From: Chrysomallon squamiferum
Taxonomy: Eukaryota > Animalia > Mollusca
DNA: 64,000 nucleotides
Assembly: GCA_012295275.1 (NCBI GenBank)
Contig: CM022679.1
Coordinates: 15,376,001 to 15,440,000 of the forward strand
Direction of reading: 5' to 3'
Of this stretch, positions 23,598 through 37,581 are shown in pieces. How positions within the stretch are numbered: position 1 is the stretch's first letter; every line of letters starts with the position of its first letter. The notes under the pieces were generated by a model. The model searched no databases. It saw nothing but the letters and a program-made list of their open reading frames with translations, and was not told the origin of the DNA. A program made the position numbers and the translations under genes.

Positions 23598-25741
23598 GTC
23601 ATATTAAAAAAATTCGTACAGTAGATGCATTTGAAAATATGATAGCCAAATGTCGTCTGTGCTGAATGTCTTTGAAAGAATTATGCTACTGAATAAGTGT
23701 TTGTTAATGTTTTCATCATTTTAGTAATGCAGACATATACTCACACATTTATAAAAAGTCATATTTATTTATACTATATTAAACTGAAAATTATCAGCTA
23801 AACATATAACTATTAAGTAGTGTTTTATTTTCTTTTATAATAATAATAATAATAATATAATAATAATAACAAGAACAACAATAACAGCAATAATAATAAA
23901 CTACTGACATTATAATCACACACGTATTGACAAAAGCTAATGTTTTGTTTTACTTTCAGTTTTAGTTTCGATCCTGCGACTCGACACTCGTTCTGGTCAG
24001 TAGTGATAGGGGCTGGTTTTTTCTGGATGTCTCTGTACGGAGTTCACCAAGCTCAGGTTCAGCGATGCATCAGTCTACCAACGTTGAGAAAGGCTCAGTG
24101 GTAAGGTCTTTATTTTTTCTTTACCCATCACATTATCATTGTCGTCACTGTCTTCATCACAGTCATAATCTTCGAAATCGTGGTTGTTATTTCCGAAAGG
24201 ATTGTTTGTTGTTGTGATGTGTGCATAGTGTTTTAAGATAAAAACGACAAAATTAATTGTAGGTATTGGCTTTTATGTTCATCGAAATCAATCATATTAC
24301 GGTAATTGGATATATCAATACAGTCAGTTCAGTACAATTGAAACCCTCATCTGAATCAGAGCTGGCATCATCTGGGTCAGAAAAATGTGCGACTGGGATA
24401 GTAATTGTATTCTGTCACATTCATGTTCGATTCCTGAATATATCAGATACATTATATAACTGTTCATATTAAAATGTTTTTAGGTGCGGTCAAACATAAA
24501 TTTTTTACTATTCATTCGTTTCAGGGCTTTAGCTTTCAATATACCAGGCTTGATTTTCATCACAACCATGTGTTGTATGATCGGCATTGTCATGTTCGCT
24601 TTCTATGCTGAATGTGACCCAATCCGCGTCGGACTGGTTAAAAAACCAGACGAGGTATGTCGCTCATGACATATTCAAAAGTCAGCTGTTACGTCATTAA
24701 AATCGCGATCATCAAATCTCACCCAAACGATGGACACGCGATAATTTTGTCGATAATAATAATAATCGATAATTTTAAATCGGTACAATTCGGACAACAA
24801 AAAAACAACAACAAGAACAACAACAACAGTATCAACAGCAACAACAATAAAAATAATAAATTTCATATCTGTCTATTATGATCCTGTTATAAAATGTTAA
24901 TCATTAAATTATTTTCACCTCTGCAGATTCTGCCGCTGTATGTGATGGACATTCTCGGACATTTGCCTGGTCTTCCTGGAATATTTATATCTTGCCTCTT
25001 TAGTGGAAGTCTGAGGTAATTTTATCTTTTATTATTAATTTAATTTCCTTGATTAGACAACATAAGTAGTGTTGATGCAGGTTTGATATCATAATATTCT
25101 TATTATTCAAAATCTTTATATATGTATGCATCTTGCCTTTTATCAAAGCTCATGGTTGTGTTTCTTTGTCTCTTGAAATAAAATATCCATTGGTGCTCGT
25201 AGTGACGGGTTTTATTTATAACAGCATCATTATACAAGTGTGTATGCCAGTGAAAATTAACTAATCGCAAAAACAACTGTTTATTCCGGAATAACAGTTC
25301 TCGCATGCATTTGTCTTTATGGAATTTGACCACTTATTTATTTATTTATTTATTTATTTTTTATTATCTTTAATTTATTTTCAGTTCACTGTCGTCTGGA
25401 TTGAACGCCATTGGCGCTGTCGTGGTTACTGATCTTATTCGTCCATACTGCTGTATAAAAATGAGCGACAAAACAGCAACCATACTAACAAAGTTGATTG
25501 GTAAATATTTTCTCTTAATCTATATATTCAGCTTGTATCAGTTAAGAAATATTACAAGAAATTAATTTGTTAAGAGTAAAAATGATTTTATTTGATATTA
25601 AATAAGCCGGTAAATGAATAAATGAATAAATGAATAAATAATATTAATATTACAATAATGATGGGAAGAACAACAACAGCTATCATCATCATCATTATTA
25701 TTTTATTTTATTTTTTTAATTAATTAATTAATTAATTTATT

Positions 25742-25804
<63 letters not shown>

Positions 25805-26120
25805 TGTTTTCTTGGAGTTACCGAGAATTACATTAAACAGCATTTTTGTATCTCGTTGTGAATTAATCTTTCTGTTAAAGTTTTTTCACTTTCACTTTCA
25901 GTTTTGGCATTCGGTCTTATCTCAATGGGCCTTGCTTACATTTGTTCTCTCTTGGGAGGAGTTTTGCAGGTAACACAGTTTCTGTCTTTATACCAATATT
26001 GTATAAATACTGTCATCCAGCCACCCAGTCACTCAGTCAGTCAATAAGAACTTCTCTTTCTTCTACTACTGTCACTGCTTCACTATTCTCAGCGATGTGC
26101 CACTCAGAAAATCCTCATTA

Positions 26121-26171
<51 letters not shown>

Positions 26172-29064
26172 TTTTCAGAAGGGAGTGCCATAATTAATTT
26201 CAATTACAAGGTAAAAAATGGACCTGAAAATAATAATAATAATAATTTATCCTTTAAAACTGTCTGACATATAGTTTTTATCTGTTGAGTTAAATGACGT
26301 CATCTGTCTATAATCACTGATCTTCGTTTCCTACTTGCAACTGCTAACGTGAACTATTACCTCACATAAACGTCTATGACTGTTAGCACGTCACACCTAG
26401 GTGACATTTTCTATATGTCACAGGGACATCCTCATTCCTTAACGATGTTTGTCTGTCTCGGCGTACGTGTGTTTGTACACGTAAACGCTTTCAGGTTAAA
26501 TAAAGTTTTGAATAGACATCAAAGGACAAAACGCGAACGAAAGAAATACATTCTTTTCAAAATTACCTGCATTTTCTCTTACACACGGTGGAAGAATAGC
26601 ACAATCTGTGATGTAAGCTGTCTAGGAAATTTCTAAGTTAAAACAATGTAAAGTAACAGCTGAGGTCATTCCAGCACAAGACGTACTCTCAAGCAAAATG
26701 GTAACAACACTAACACAAAAAAAAAAGAAAAAGAAAAAGAGAAACCCTCACAAAAACCAACCAACAAACAAACAACAAAAAAAGGTATATTGATTTTTTG
26801 TTTTGTTTGTTGTTGTTGCTGTTATTATTATTTATTTTATTTTTTATTTTATTTTTTTTTTGGTTTTGTTTATATCTATATATATATATTATTTATTTGA
26901 GGAGTTAAATATTTTTAAACATACATAATTAAGAAAATGTGTTTAAAGAATAATAAAAACATAAAGGCAGGACAGAAACAGAAGTCAGCAAACTAAAATA
27001 AAAACACTGGTAAAGCACTGAAGGATTTTGTAAAAGTATTAATGTTGCAAATATTTGTCTTGGCAAACGACTGAGGTGTAGGCCTATAGTTAAACATTCT
27101 TTTCTTGTTATTTTTTATTTTTATTTTGTCACAAATATCTCAGAGGGGGGAATTCATCAAAACAAAACTAAAAAAAAAAAACATGTGATGATGTACACGA
27201 CTGCTGACCAGCAAGAAGATGTCCATTGTTCCTGTCTGTTCAGCATGGCTGCACTCAGATTGAACTTCATTCATAGCAGTTGTTTTTTTCTTCTCATTGT
27301 TTAAAATATTTTATAAATCTGTGTATATGTGTGGGTGGGTGTGCGTGTTTGTGTGTGTGTGTGTACACGTACAAACATATAGAAAAAGATAGATTTATAA
27401 AATATCCAGAACTTTGAAAATAATAAAATGTTATATATAAGAAATGCTCGAACCCATTTACACCACCAGACTCTACGTTTTATTGAAACAAATCATTTAT
27501 GAAGTGAAAGCTAACTTTTTTACGAGTGTTTACAGATCAGGTGTGTGTGTATTTCTTTAACAGGCCGCCTACAGTGTCTTCAGCATTGTTAACGGGCCTT
27601 TGTTCGGGCTGTTTGTGTTTGGAATGTTCTTCCCGTGGGGAAACCAGTGGGTAAGTAAACACATTATATAACCCTTTAGTGGAAATGTAAACATCGGGTA
27701 TACGAAAACACCAAAGCGTAAAATGGAAATAATTTCATTGAGCAAGAAAAACGAATGAAGATATCAGTCGAACACAAATTATTTTCAGTTTTAAAATTAA
27801 TTACATCTGCAACTATTCTGATACATCAGCAAACCCATAGTAACCAGAAAGAATAACAAAACAACCAGCACAACAAAAATAACTGAGCTGTCATGAAATA
27901 ATATCTTACCGACATATACAATTCTTTTTCGATTATCATTATCAAACACATCATTTGCAGTTCTAAAAACATTAATTTCTCAAGTTCATCATAAAGAAGT
28001 CCACAAGTTGTTGTAGTTAGGGTTTTTGATAATTTTATCGTCAGGTGTTTTGTTTTTTACAAAGGGTGCACTTGTTGGTGGTATCACATCGCTGGCGTTC
28101 ACTCTGTGGATCGGTATAGGATCATTCGTCAACAAAGTCTCAACCCCTAAATCTCCAACCTGGACGAGTGGCTGCAACGTCAACCTAACCAACATAGCTA
28201 CGACCACTGTAGCAACAACGGCTACAACAACAACAGCTACAGAATCTATGTACATAGATGTTTTTCTTACATCTTTCCACTCAGTTTGCAAATATAATGT
28301 TCTATGATAAATATGTCGTGGGGATATTTTACTACATTGTTAATGAATAACAATAACAACAGCAACAGTAATGATAACAGTAACAGCAATACCATCAACA
28401 AAAACAACAATCACATCATCATCATCATCAACAACAACAACAAACAACAACAACAATAATAATATAATTTATTTTCAGCCTGCCTATTTACACCATGTCC
28501 TATTTCTACTTCACCCCTGTTGCTATGGTGACGGTCGTAATTGTAGGATTAATAGTCAGCTTCATAACAGGTATGTATGTATCTATGTATCTATGTATCT
28601 GTGTATATATGTATTTATGTATGCGTGTATGTATGTATGTATGTATGTATGTATGTATGTATGTATGTATTTTAGAATTTTTGAATATTCTCTGTCTTAC
28701 GTACGTCTAATTAGGCTCTGCTGATAAACCATATTCGGGAACGAACTGGCACAAGGAGGATAAAGTCCAATCACGACCTCACAAACCCCGTCAGATGCCG
28801 TTGACGAGACTCGAACGTATGCACTTATTTGCACGCACCCTATATATGTATGTATACGTGTGTACTTAAGTATTAATGTCTGTAATTTAATTATTTTTTT
28901 TGTGGGGTTTTTCAGGTTACACAAGACCATCATCTCTAGACGCCAGACTTATCTGTCCTCTGTTTGACCGACTGTTTCCCTGTCTTCCTGAAGTCATTCT
29001 CAAACCGCTCAGGTTTGGAATTAACCATGAAGGAGTGAGTATTATCAATGTGATGACATTTAAA

Positions 29065-29141
<77 letters not shown>

Positions 29142-29617
29142 ATTTAATTATATTCTATATGTATCATTATTTCATTAAAAATGTTTATTATTATTATTAT
29201 TATTTTCGTTATATATACAACACATTAAAAGAAAAGACAGAACAAAAACTGAGTCTTACAATTTTGCGAGGTTATCTTTGCTAACCATAATAAAAGAACG
29301 ACAGTAAATCATTCACAAAGATTTCCACTGTGTTTGTGAGCATAATTTGAATAATTCATTCGGTGAAATTTAAGTACACGTTGCTGTATTTATTTTAGAA
29401 ATACGACAGACCTATTCCAGATGAATGGCGTCACGTGATCAAGCAACCCCATACGTCCATGGACAAACCGCCGATGTTTACTGATGTAGAAAAGATTCCG
29501 ATAGATCAAGAAAAAGAGAATATCAACAAAGGAATTTCAAACTCGGACAAAGATCAGAATGGACTGTACAATCCTGCATTTCAGAATTCTGAAAAGAGCG
29601 AGGATACCCGATTTTAG
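18297..29617 (+). CDS. SLC5A8/SMCT-like sodium:solute symporter, tandem copy B (intact, 651 aa)
   Basis: Exons 18297-18665, 19871-19936, 20346-20397, 20933-21000, 21904-22058, 23960-24100, 24525-24654, 24927-25015, 25385-25500, 25902-25969, 27564-27650, 28065-28249, 28479-28570, 28916-29034, 29399-29617. They sum to 1956 nt with consistent phases and no internal stop. Same motifs as copy A. The exon 12 donor (GTACAT) is weak and was chosen by phase; the same donor occurs in the carboxypeptidase gene at 60851. Confidence 0.93.
20737..20834. mobile_element. Internally deleted counterpart of the Tigger4-like MITE in copy B
   Basis: Same termini as 2268-2503, but about 138 bp (A 2282-2419) is missing; junction TCAGGATCT|GTCTCC. 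Confidence 0.7.
23528..23595. repeat. (AG)n microsatellite
   Basis: Direct reading; lies in copy-B-specific intron sequence. Confidence 0.95.
29068..29132. repeat. (TA)n microsatellite
   Basis: Direct reading. Confidence 0.95.
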
Positions 29618-30624
29618 TGGACATCATAGAAATAATAATAAAAATTTCTCGTAGCAAGTAAATGCAATAATAATTACACATTCTCAAAAGTAGAGAGAGT
29701 AATCGAGTCTAGGGACTCGGTAGATGCAGTAAGTAAAATTTCTCACACTGAAATAAAAGCAATAATAATTACTTGTTGTCGTATTTTCCAGGAATATCCA
29801 GACGTAAGGGACATTAAAAAGGAAACTATGAAACACTTCATGTAGAAACAATGATAATTAAAAATTCTAAATTCACCCAAGATATGTGGATGTAACAAAC
29901 ATTAAGAAGAAATGGCAAGCATTTAACAAAGGAGAATACCCGGATACTGACGCAGTAAGAAAGACTTGTCGAAATTATAAATAGAAATTTTCACATTACC
30001 AGAATATTTATGTAACAAATACTGTACAATCAATAATTTCTACAATTAAAATGTTTTGAAAAGAGCGAATCTGACGAGACGTACCTGACCATATAATATG
30101 TAGATGTGTGTATATATATATTGTATGTATGTATGTATGTATGTATGTATGTATGTATGTATGTGTGTGTATATATTTATATATATATATTTATATAATC
30201 GCTTATTGATATAATAATAATAATACTTGCAGCCGACCTGATAGGTTAGAAAACAAATACAGAATGGAATTTAATACTTTCTTGATGTTTTTAAATTGCA
30301 ATATGTCGGGGAAAAAACCTTGTAGACAATGTTGCATGTGAACAGTTCTCCGACGTGTCTACAGAGATTTTAAAATTAATTGATACCATTAATTTAAAAA
30401 CTCAGAATTAGTCCCAAAAACAACAGTCCCAGAAAATAAAAAACTTGGAATATAGCATATGTAAAATCGCTAATCCAGATGTCAGCGCAGATTAAGAATC
30501 CAGCTGCCTAAAATTTAATTTTTTTCATGCGATTTATTTTCAAAAGCTGACCTTTATTTTGGCATCTAGTTTTACGAAGCAGAATGCCTTCAAAAAGATT
30601 TAAAAAAAAAAAAAAAAAATCGTC

Positions 30625-32200
30625 CAGGTTATAATGGCGAACTTCTTCACACCATCTAATTAAAACTCAATGACACTTTTGTTGGGAAAAATAACATCTC
30701 CACTTTTAAATCCAATTCCAAAGAGACTTATTATAACGAAGGCATCCACTGTTGTTGAAGATCACTTGTATACTGTTATATTAGATACCGATTCTACAGA
30801 GTCTACTGTAAGCGAAAAAATGTATTCTGATTATTTAGACGATGAAAACATTCATCTTTTAAATATGAGTTCTCTCGTGGCAGTCGTTGAGTTAACAGTG
30901 GTATACTGAAACCAATGCTCAGTTCAAAGTTTTGACAAACCCAGATTTTGATTAGTTTTCGTAGTACTTAACAGTAGTAATAATGTCATTATTCCAATCC
31001 TGCCTGGAACAAGTGCTTTAAATATGATGAAAGATTTTTTCAGGGAGCACCTTTGCTTAAACTCTGGTTTTCAGGATAAATGTTTGGATTGGCGGGGAAT
31101 GCCGAACGAAATAGTGTTGTTATTCTTCCTAATCCCAAGGACACTACTAAAAGGTATCTAGAAAAGAACTTAGCCTATCCTGATATCAACATCATGTTGA
31201 TGGTTAGATTATTCGATGTTGCAATACTCACAACTCCTATTCCTCAAAAAGTATCGTTGTGTCAGATCTAACAAATCATTTTGGAAGATTCGTCGCCAGA
31301 GAGTGAAATTAATGATGCCTGGTTGCTAGAAAAGATTAATCTTACGTCAGAAGGTCAGACTAAAGCTTGATACTAAAATACTCAGACACCTTTTTCCTTC
31401 GGGTAACGGATACCACTAGTACGAAGAGGTGAAAAACATTTATATCTTCTGTTATGGGATCAGAAGAAAGTCTTGAGCTTCTGCTGTTGCCTGAAAGAAC
31501 GGATCTTTATATATCTATGTACAATGTACAATAGAAAATTGTTGGCTTTTCACGAAAAATTGATAATAATTTATAAAGATAACAGTGGAACACAAACCTA
31601 GAACAACTTTCTTTTTTCTAGGAGTAAAATCTTGACAAATAGTTCAGGAATGTTCCAGCGGTTGCTTTTGAAGAAGTGTTATTAGTTTTTTCATCTTTCG
31701 AGAAACATCGTCTTAGAGGTTAACTAGTTTCCAGATTATTCGTTACTATAATGTTAAATTGGCATCTAAGAAATCTGGTTTTTTCATGATCAGGTTAAGT
31801 ATCTAAGATATATTAATCCAGGTTTATATTAATATGGTAGGGTTCCAGATTTCGTGGAAAATCTATGCATGTCAGCTAATGACGTTTCAAAACTGCGAAA
31901 ATGAATATTTTACCTTTGTACACTGTCAGTAGAGAATAGAAGATAAATGTGGTTCCATCAAACCAGTTTCGATCCATAGACTTTTAGACCTATTTGCCGA
32001 TGTGGGGCATTTGGTTTGAGAAAAAACGCTAGCTCTTCTAAAGGAAAGATTTGTCTGACCTTCCTTAAATAAGCATATATAGGAGTGGATAAAAAGGTTT
32101 AGGTGACTGTATCGGAAAGGTCAGACAAACACGAGTCAACCAGTCGAGATGATCTAACGCGAAATGGTTGTTATCTTTCATTGATTCAATGTATCTTCGT
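30625..32200 (+). mobile_element. Degenerate Ty3/Gypsy pol remnant, copy B
   Basis: Duplicate of 11780-13320 (VILDTDSTESTVSE etc.); boundaries approximate. Confidence 0.8.
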
Positions 32201-32357
32201 AAATTTTTGAAGTAAGTCCTTAATAATAAAAAAAAATAAAAAATAAATAAATAAATGCTGATATATAATTTGAAAATGGTGTCGTTGAATAAATAATATA
32301 TTTTTTATTTCTAGTTATTTTCTAATTTAAATTAAATAAAACATCTAATTACTAATA

Positions 32358-33050
32358 CAGTGGTACCTTGACTTATGAGTTGAATTCGTTCCGTGACCGA
32401 GCTTGTATCTCAATTTGAAATTAACTGAAATACCATTAATCCGTTCCAGCCTCCCAAAATCACCCAAATGTTTGGTAACGTGTTTTCGAATAAAAAAACA
32501 AATGTACGTATAAATGACAAAAATGTATGAAAACAAAACAAAATGTAAAGAAATAAACTGAATTTGTAAAGTGTACAGGGTTAGGGTTTCATGGACAGAG
32601 TTCAGCAGCTTAGAAACTATTTTAACGCCATAAGAGGCTACAGTATGGTACATATCGTAAAAGTACTACGCTACTACTGCCTACCCATATTGACTATATG
32701 CACACATTGCTCGTATTTTTCTATGATTTCATGATTTAATTTAATGGACATCATCCGCTTCTTCTTCTTAGCACTGTCCTTTGCACTCACTTTCTTAGAA
32801 TCCATTGTAATTTGGCAAAATGCTTCACAAAACGCGAACACAACGATCAGGGATGCTTCCATGGCGAGGTAACGACGTGAAGCAATCGAGTAAGACGCGG
32901 GATGCTGGGCGGAGGTTGTGTTGTTTGTTGCGCCAACTAGCGGCGTAACTCGGATTTTGGATCGCAACTCAAAGCAAAAAATCGAAAGGGCGGCTGCTCT
33001 TTACTCGAAAAATTCGTAAGTTGGAGCACTCGTTACTCAAGGTACCACTG
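32358..33050 (-). mobile_element. Non-autonomous pogo/Tigger DNA transposon (693 bp) with both TIRs
   Basis: TA|CAGTGGTACCTTGACTTATGAG ... CTCGTTACTCAAGGTACCACTG|TA. The minus strand encodes a decayed transposase N-terminal HTH: MDSKKVSAKDSAKKKKRMMSIKLNHEIIEKYEQCVHIVNMGRQ**RSTFTICTIL. Confidence 0.9.
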
Positions 33051-33752
33051 TATATATAAGTAGGCTATGTGACAATAACCCGAATCTCACCGAGCAGTTT
33101 TCGTCAACAGCTTTGTTTCAGTCGCTAGTTAAGCTCCGATAAATCGCTTCCGAAATGGGCTACCATTTTTCTTTGCATTGTTATCTATAAACAGTGTCAT
33201 AATTTTATGAGTAATATTCAGGTCTACACTAGCCTTTCCGTTATATTTTTCAAAACAGAACTGAAAAATTTTCAGATTTTCCACCCAGTTTCTTCATTTT
33301 GTCTTCGCGAAAACCATTCCAGATTATACACAAGACGATTGAAATATTTTTTTAATCCTTTGTAATAAATTTCGTTGGTTACTTAGTGATCTGCTTGCAA
33401 AGTTTAATGGAGTTTGATCAGTTACCACTCCGCCAAGCTGCGCTGTAATCAGTGTTAACAATGGAACGCCTCAATCTGCACATTTTCACCATAAAAAAAA
33501 AAAAAAAAAAAAAAAAAAATAATAATAATAATAAATAAAAAAACAAATTTAAAAAATAGAAAAATAATTTTTTTTTTTTAAAAAGACAGTGCATTTAACT
33601 TTACAGAACCATTAAATAGTCTGAACAGTATTTAAAGTAACAGATTTTTTAGTATCTTCTGAAAACATTTAAATGTACTATTTTATTCAGTTTGTTTTTA
33701 CTAAGCCAATGTTTGATGATTAATAATCGTCCTTTATATCATACACTTAAAT

Positions 33753-33800
<48 letters not shown>

Positions 33801-36800
33801 ATAATCAACAAAGAAAACAAAAGTCTGGAGAAAATGTTTATACGAATTTATTTTACAAGTTAGTTGCGTAATATATTTACCACATCAATAGGTACAGAAA
33901 CATTAGAACCATCCGAATGTTGCAATAAAGTATTTTTATTTTATGAAACATAAATATTTATACCAGTATTATTTTTATTATAATCACCGAAATTATACAT
34001 ATGTAAGAACATCAATATCTTTAAATTAAAAGAAACAAAAAAAAAAAAAAAAAAAAAAACATAACTAAACAATAATAATAAAACATTAAAGCATTTGCAT
34101 CTTTCTGGAATTAAAAAATATACTTTTATAATTATTTATTTAGGCTAATGAAAATATTATTATTAAACATCACGAAAATATAACCAAACATATAACTATT
34201 AAAAACAATCAGGTCTTTGGTATATGTAGATAATGCAATGAGGTTTCAAACAGTTACACTGCACACAGTGATATAAATATGTTCCAGATCTGCAATAATG
34301 CTTCAATAAAAATTCCATGTCTGCTGCATTTGAAAGATTAACACGCACACAGATGCACACACACAGCCACACACACAAAGTGACCTAAAGTTTTGGAACA
34401 TTGATATATTAGTTTAAGTAGCATTCTCTTATGTGGTAAACTGCACCAATTTGAGTCATGCAAATGAACTGTTATGAAATACTTTACCTCATAAAAACAA
34501 GTCCTAATTTCTTACTATATACACTTTCATCCATTCAATTCCTTAAAATAAATCAGATTAGAGTTATTTCCCTTTGATTTTGTGTAATCCTGATGAAAAT
34601 TTAATATACAACATAATTACAGAATTTTAAAAAAAAATTGCAATTAGTGCAAATTATTAAATCAGTTTTAGTCAAATTATATTATTTTGTACAGACAGGA
34701 ACCAGCTTCTACCAATTTAGTGCTTAGTTAGTGAGTACCTTACAGATGCTGGTAGACATTGTAAAAATAATTACTCACCAGAGTGTAATCATACAGACAG
34801 TCACTGATTTTACAAGCTTTTTTTTTAAGCCTATAACCAATTAAATTTCATTTTATGCACGTTGGTAAAAAAAAAAAAAAAAATTTTATTATTTCCTTTG
34901 TTTAGGTTAAATTCATTTCTTTATTAAATTTTTCATCTGTTGAAAGTCTTATAAAAAGCTCATATTTAAAAAAAAAAAAAAAAAAATCTTTTGACAAGTA
35001 CAATCTAAATGAGATTTTGGCTGAACAATCTATGAATTTAGGATACATGTCCACTCTTGGTTTGCTTAAACAAATCTCTGAGATTTTGTAAATTACCCAA
35101 ATGCATACTTCAGTGAAGGTTAATTCATACAGTGATAAAATGCAAACATGGTTCCCAACCACAACTTTAACACCTTCAGATTAGACCTCTCTAACTAACC
35201 TACTTCAATGCATTACATCATTTTGTTTTCATACCTTTCATCTGGCTAACATTCTCAGTTTATAAGTAATAAAGTACAACAGAAATATAATAACCCATCA
35301 AGTGATATGTTATATAAATAAAACAATTTTATATTACAGTAAGAATTTGAGTTATAAAAGTGTAATAATAAACAAAGGCATTAATAAATATGAAAAATAT
35401 ATAAACAGTAAAAAATGTTTAGTACCATGAATATTATTTAAAAAACTCAAAACACACAGTATTTATTACTGATTGTCAGTAACTTGACTACAGTTATAGT
35501 AAGTAATAATAAGTGAAATAAAACAAAAAGATAAAAAATGGTTCATTTAGGCTAACATTTTTAAAAACTTAAAACTTAAACAAGATCAGCTGCACACTGA
35601 CAAAATCTGAGATTTTAATAAGGCAAATGAATACAAAGGTATCCTTTCTGTTAATGTTTTTAAACACATTTTAACATATTTATATTACTCCACACAAAAA
35701 TGCATACTATTTTGTTAGGCCGGAAGAAAATCTTTCAATTATATTAGCACCTTTAAATATGTCTAAATCAAAGTCTACTTAAACAAGAAGAAAAAAAAAA
35801 GAAGGAAAATAAAGACACGAACTCTGTACCGAATGCAATGCATAATTTGATTAAGTTATTGTAAAATTCCTTCTTTACACTTGATCTAAAATAAAAATAA
35901 AAATTATCTTTACAGATACCTGTCATATTTTTAGTTGACAGAAAAACAAATATCACTATACAAATGTGACAGTTAAAATAATGTGAGTCTCACAAACACA
36001 TTAGATATTTCAGCAATTATATTTTTGATTCTCAGCTTTTCCAGAGTGATTCTTTTTTTAATTTGACTTTTTTTTTTTAATTATAAAAAGTTAAATTTAA
36101 AAGATAATGAAATTAAATATAAAATTTCTGAAAATATAGCACAATGTATCCTTCCTACTGACATAAAATGCCACATCATTTTGATTAATTATATAACAAT
36201 AAGATCTTACATTTTTAAAACTTACGATTTGTATTTTCTGAAGTAAAAGAAAACAACTTCCATACTCATAAAAAAAAAAAAAAAACCAGAAGAAAACAAA
36301 CAAAATATCACCCACCCTATTCAAAATAAAATAAGGAAAAAAACCCAACAAATCTATATTTTTGGGGTGAAGTAATAAATGTTAAAAGCATTTTTATGAC
36401 AATTAATATTATGTTAACATCTTTTGAAAGACTAATTTTATAGTAATACTGACAATTGTTATGACATCACAAATTATTAAAATCATATGTTCTGCCTAAA
36501 TGCACACAAGATTATTTATGATCTATTATGCAGATCCATTAACAAAGGACATTTTATCAGCTTTCAACATATTTTAAATTCTTTATTCAAATTTGTATTG
36601 TTAAATGTTAACCAAGAACTCATTTTGTTTCATATATTTAAAACAATAAAACAACAAAAAAATAGAAAAATGTAAAAAGATAATGAATAAAAAATATTTT
36701 ATAAATATTTACAACCAATAAAAGCTAATATTCTGTCACAGTATCTTAGAATATTAAAAATAATGTTTTTTTGTTATTTTTTGTGGACTACTCCTGATAT

Positions 36801-37157
36801 GCCAAAGGCTGAATCCATTGTGAATATGCTTGAAATGTAAATGTAAATAAAGAAATAAAAATATAGTTTGCAATTGATAGAATAATATTTTTGGAAGAAG
36901 TTCTTGGCAAAACCAGACAGAATATTACCTTTTAAACTATTGAACTATTAAACTGGTTTTATGTTATTTTATCTTTTCAGTTTTGATTTAAGTTTCAGTT
37001 TACTGTTTTGAACATGAATTACAAGTATAGAGGATTAAATATAAGTTAAAGACATTCTGAATTACAACAATTCTGAACTCAAATTTAACACGTTACTCTC
37101 ACACTAACTGCATAAATTTCAATATTCTGTGCATAAGCTAAAAGCATTTATCATTTA

Positions 37158-37392
37158 ATTTGATTCCTGAGATGCTGAAATTCCATACATTCCCAAAGTA
37201 GTATAAATTAAATATTCTGTGTGTGTGTATATACACAAACATTTGATTCCCAAGATGTTAAAATTCTATGCATTCCCAAACTAGTATAAATTAAATGTGT
37301 TGTGTGTGTATATATAGATGTACATACATTTAATTCCTGAGATGATAAAATGCTGAAAATTCTATACATTCCCAAACTAGTATAAATTACAT
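37158..37392. repeat. Three imperfect ~83-87 bp tandem units downstream of the SLC25A16 stop
   Basis: Unit core ATTCCTGAGATG..AAATTCTATACATTCCCAAACTAGTATAAATTA recurs at about 37158, 37241 and 37328. Confidence 0.85.
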
Positions 37393-37581
37393 ATGTTTGT
37401 TAAAGGACACACACACAACACACAAGAATACAGTATGGAATTAAGATTTCCAGTTATCAAGAGATTTAATATGGATGAAAGCTGACAACTCAGAGATCAT
37501 CTTCAACAAATGTTGATCACAGGTGCTGTATCACAGGGCTCCAGGTGTCATGCATGTGTCACTGCCTACAGGTAACCAAGA

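Larger units (their letters stand above)
16434..35193. repeat. Tandem segmental duplication, unit B
   Basis: 18273-35193 matches unit A. 16434-18272 is inferred to be the start of the unit, with its counterpart lying left of the window. Confidence 0.85.

Noticed and set aside
37158-37392. Repeat units with variable spacers, superficially CRISPR-like
   Set aside because: Eukaryotic context, long degenerate units, microsatellite spacers and no cas genes; an ordinary minisatellite.
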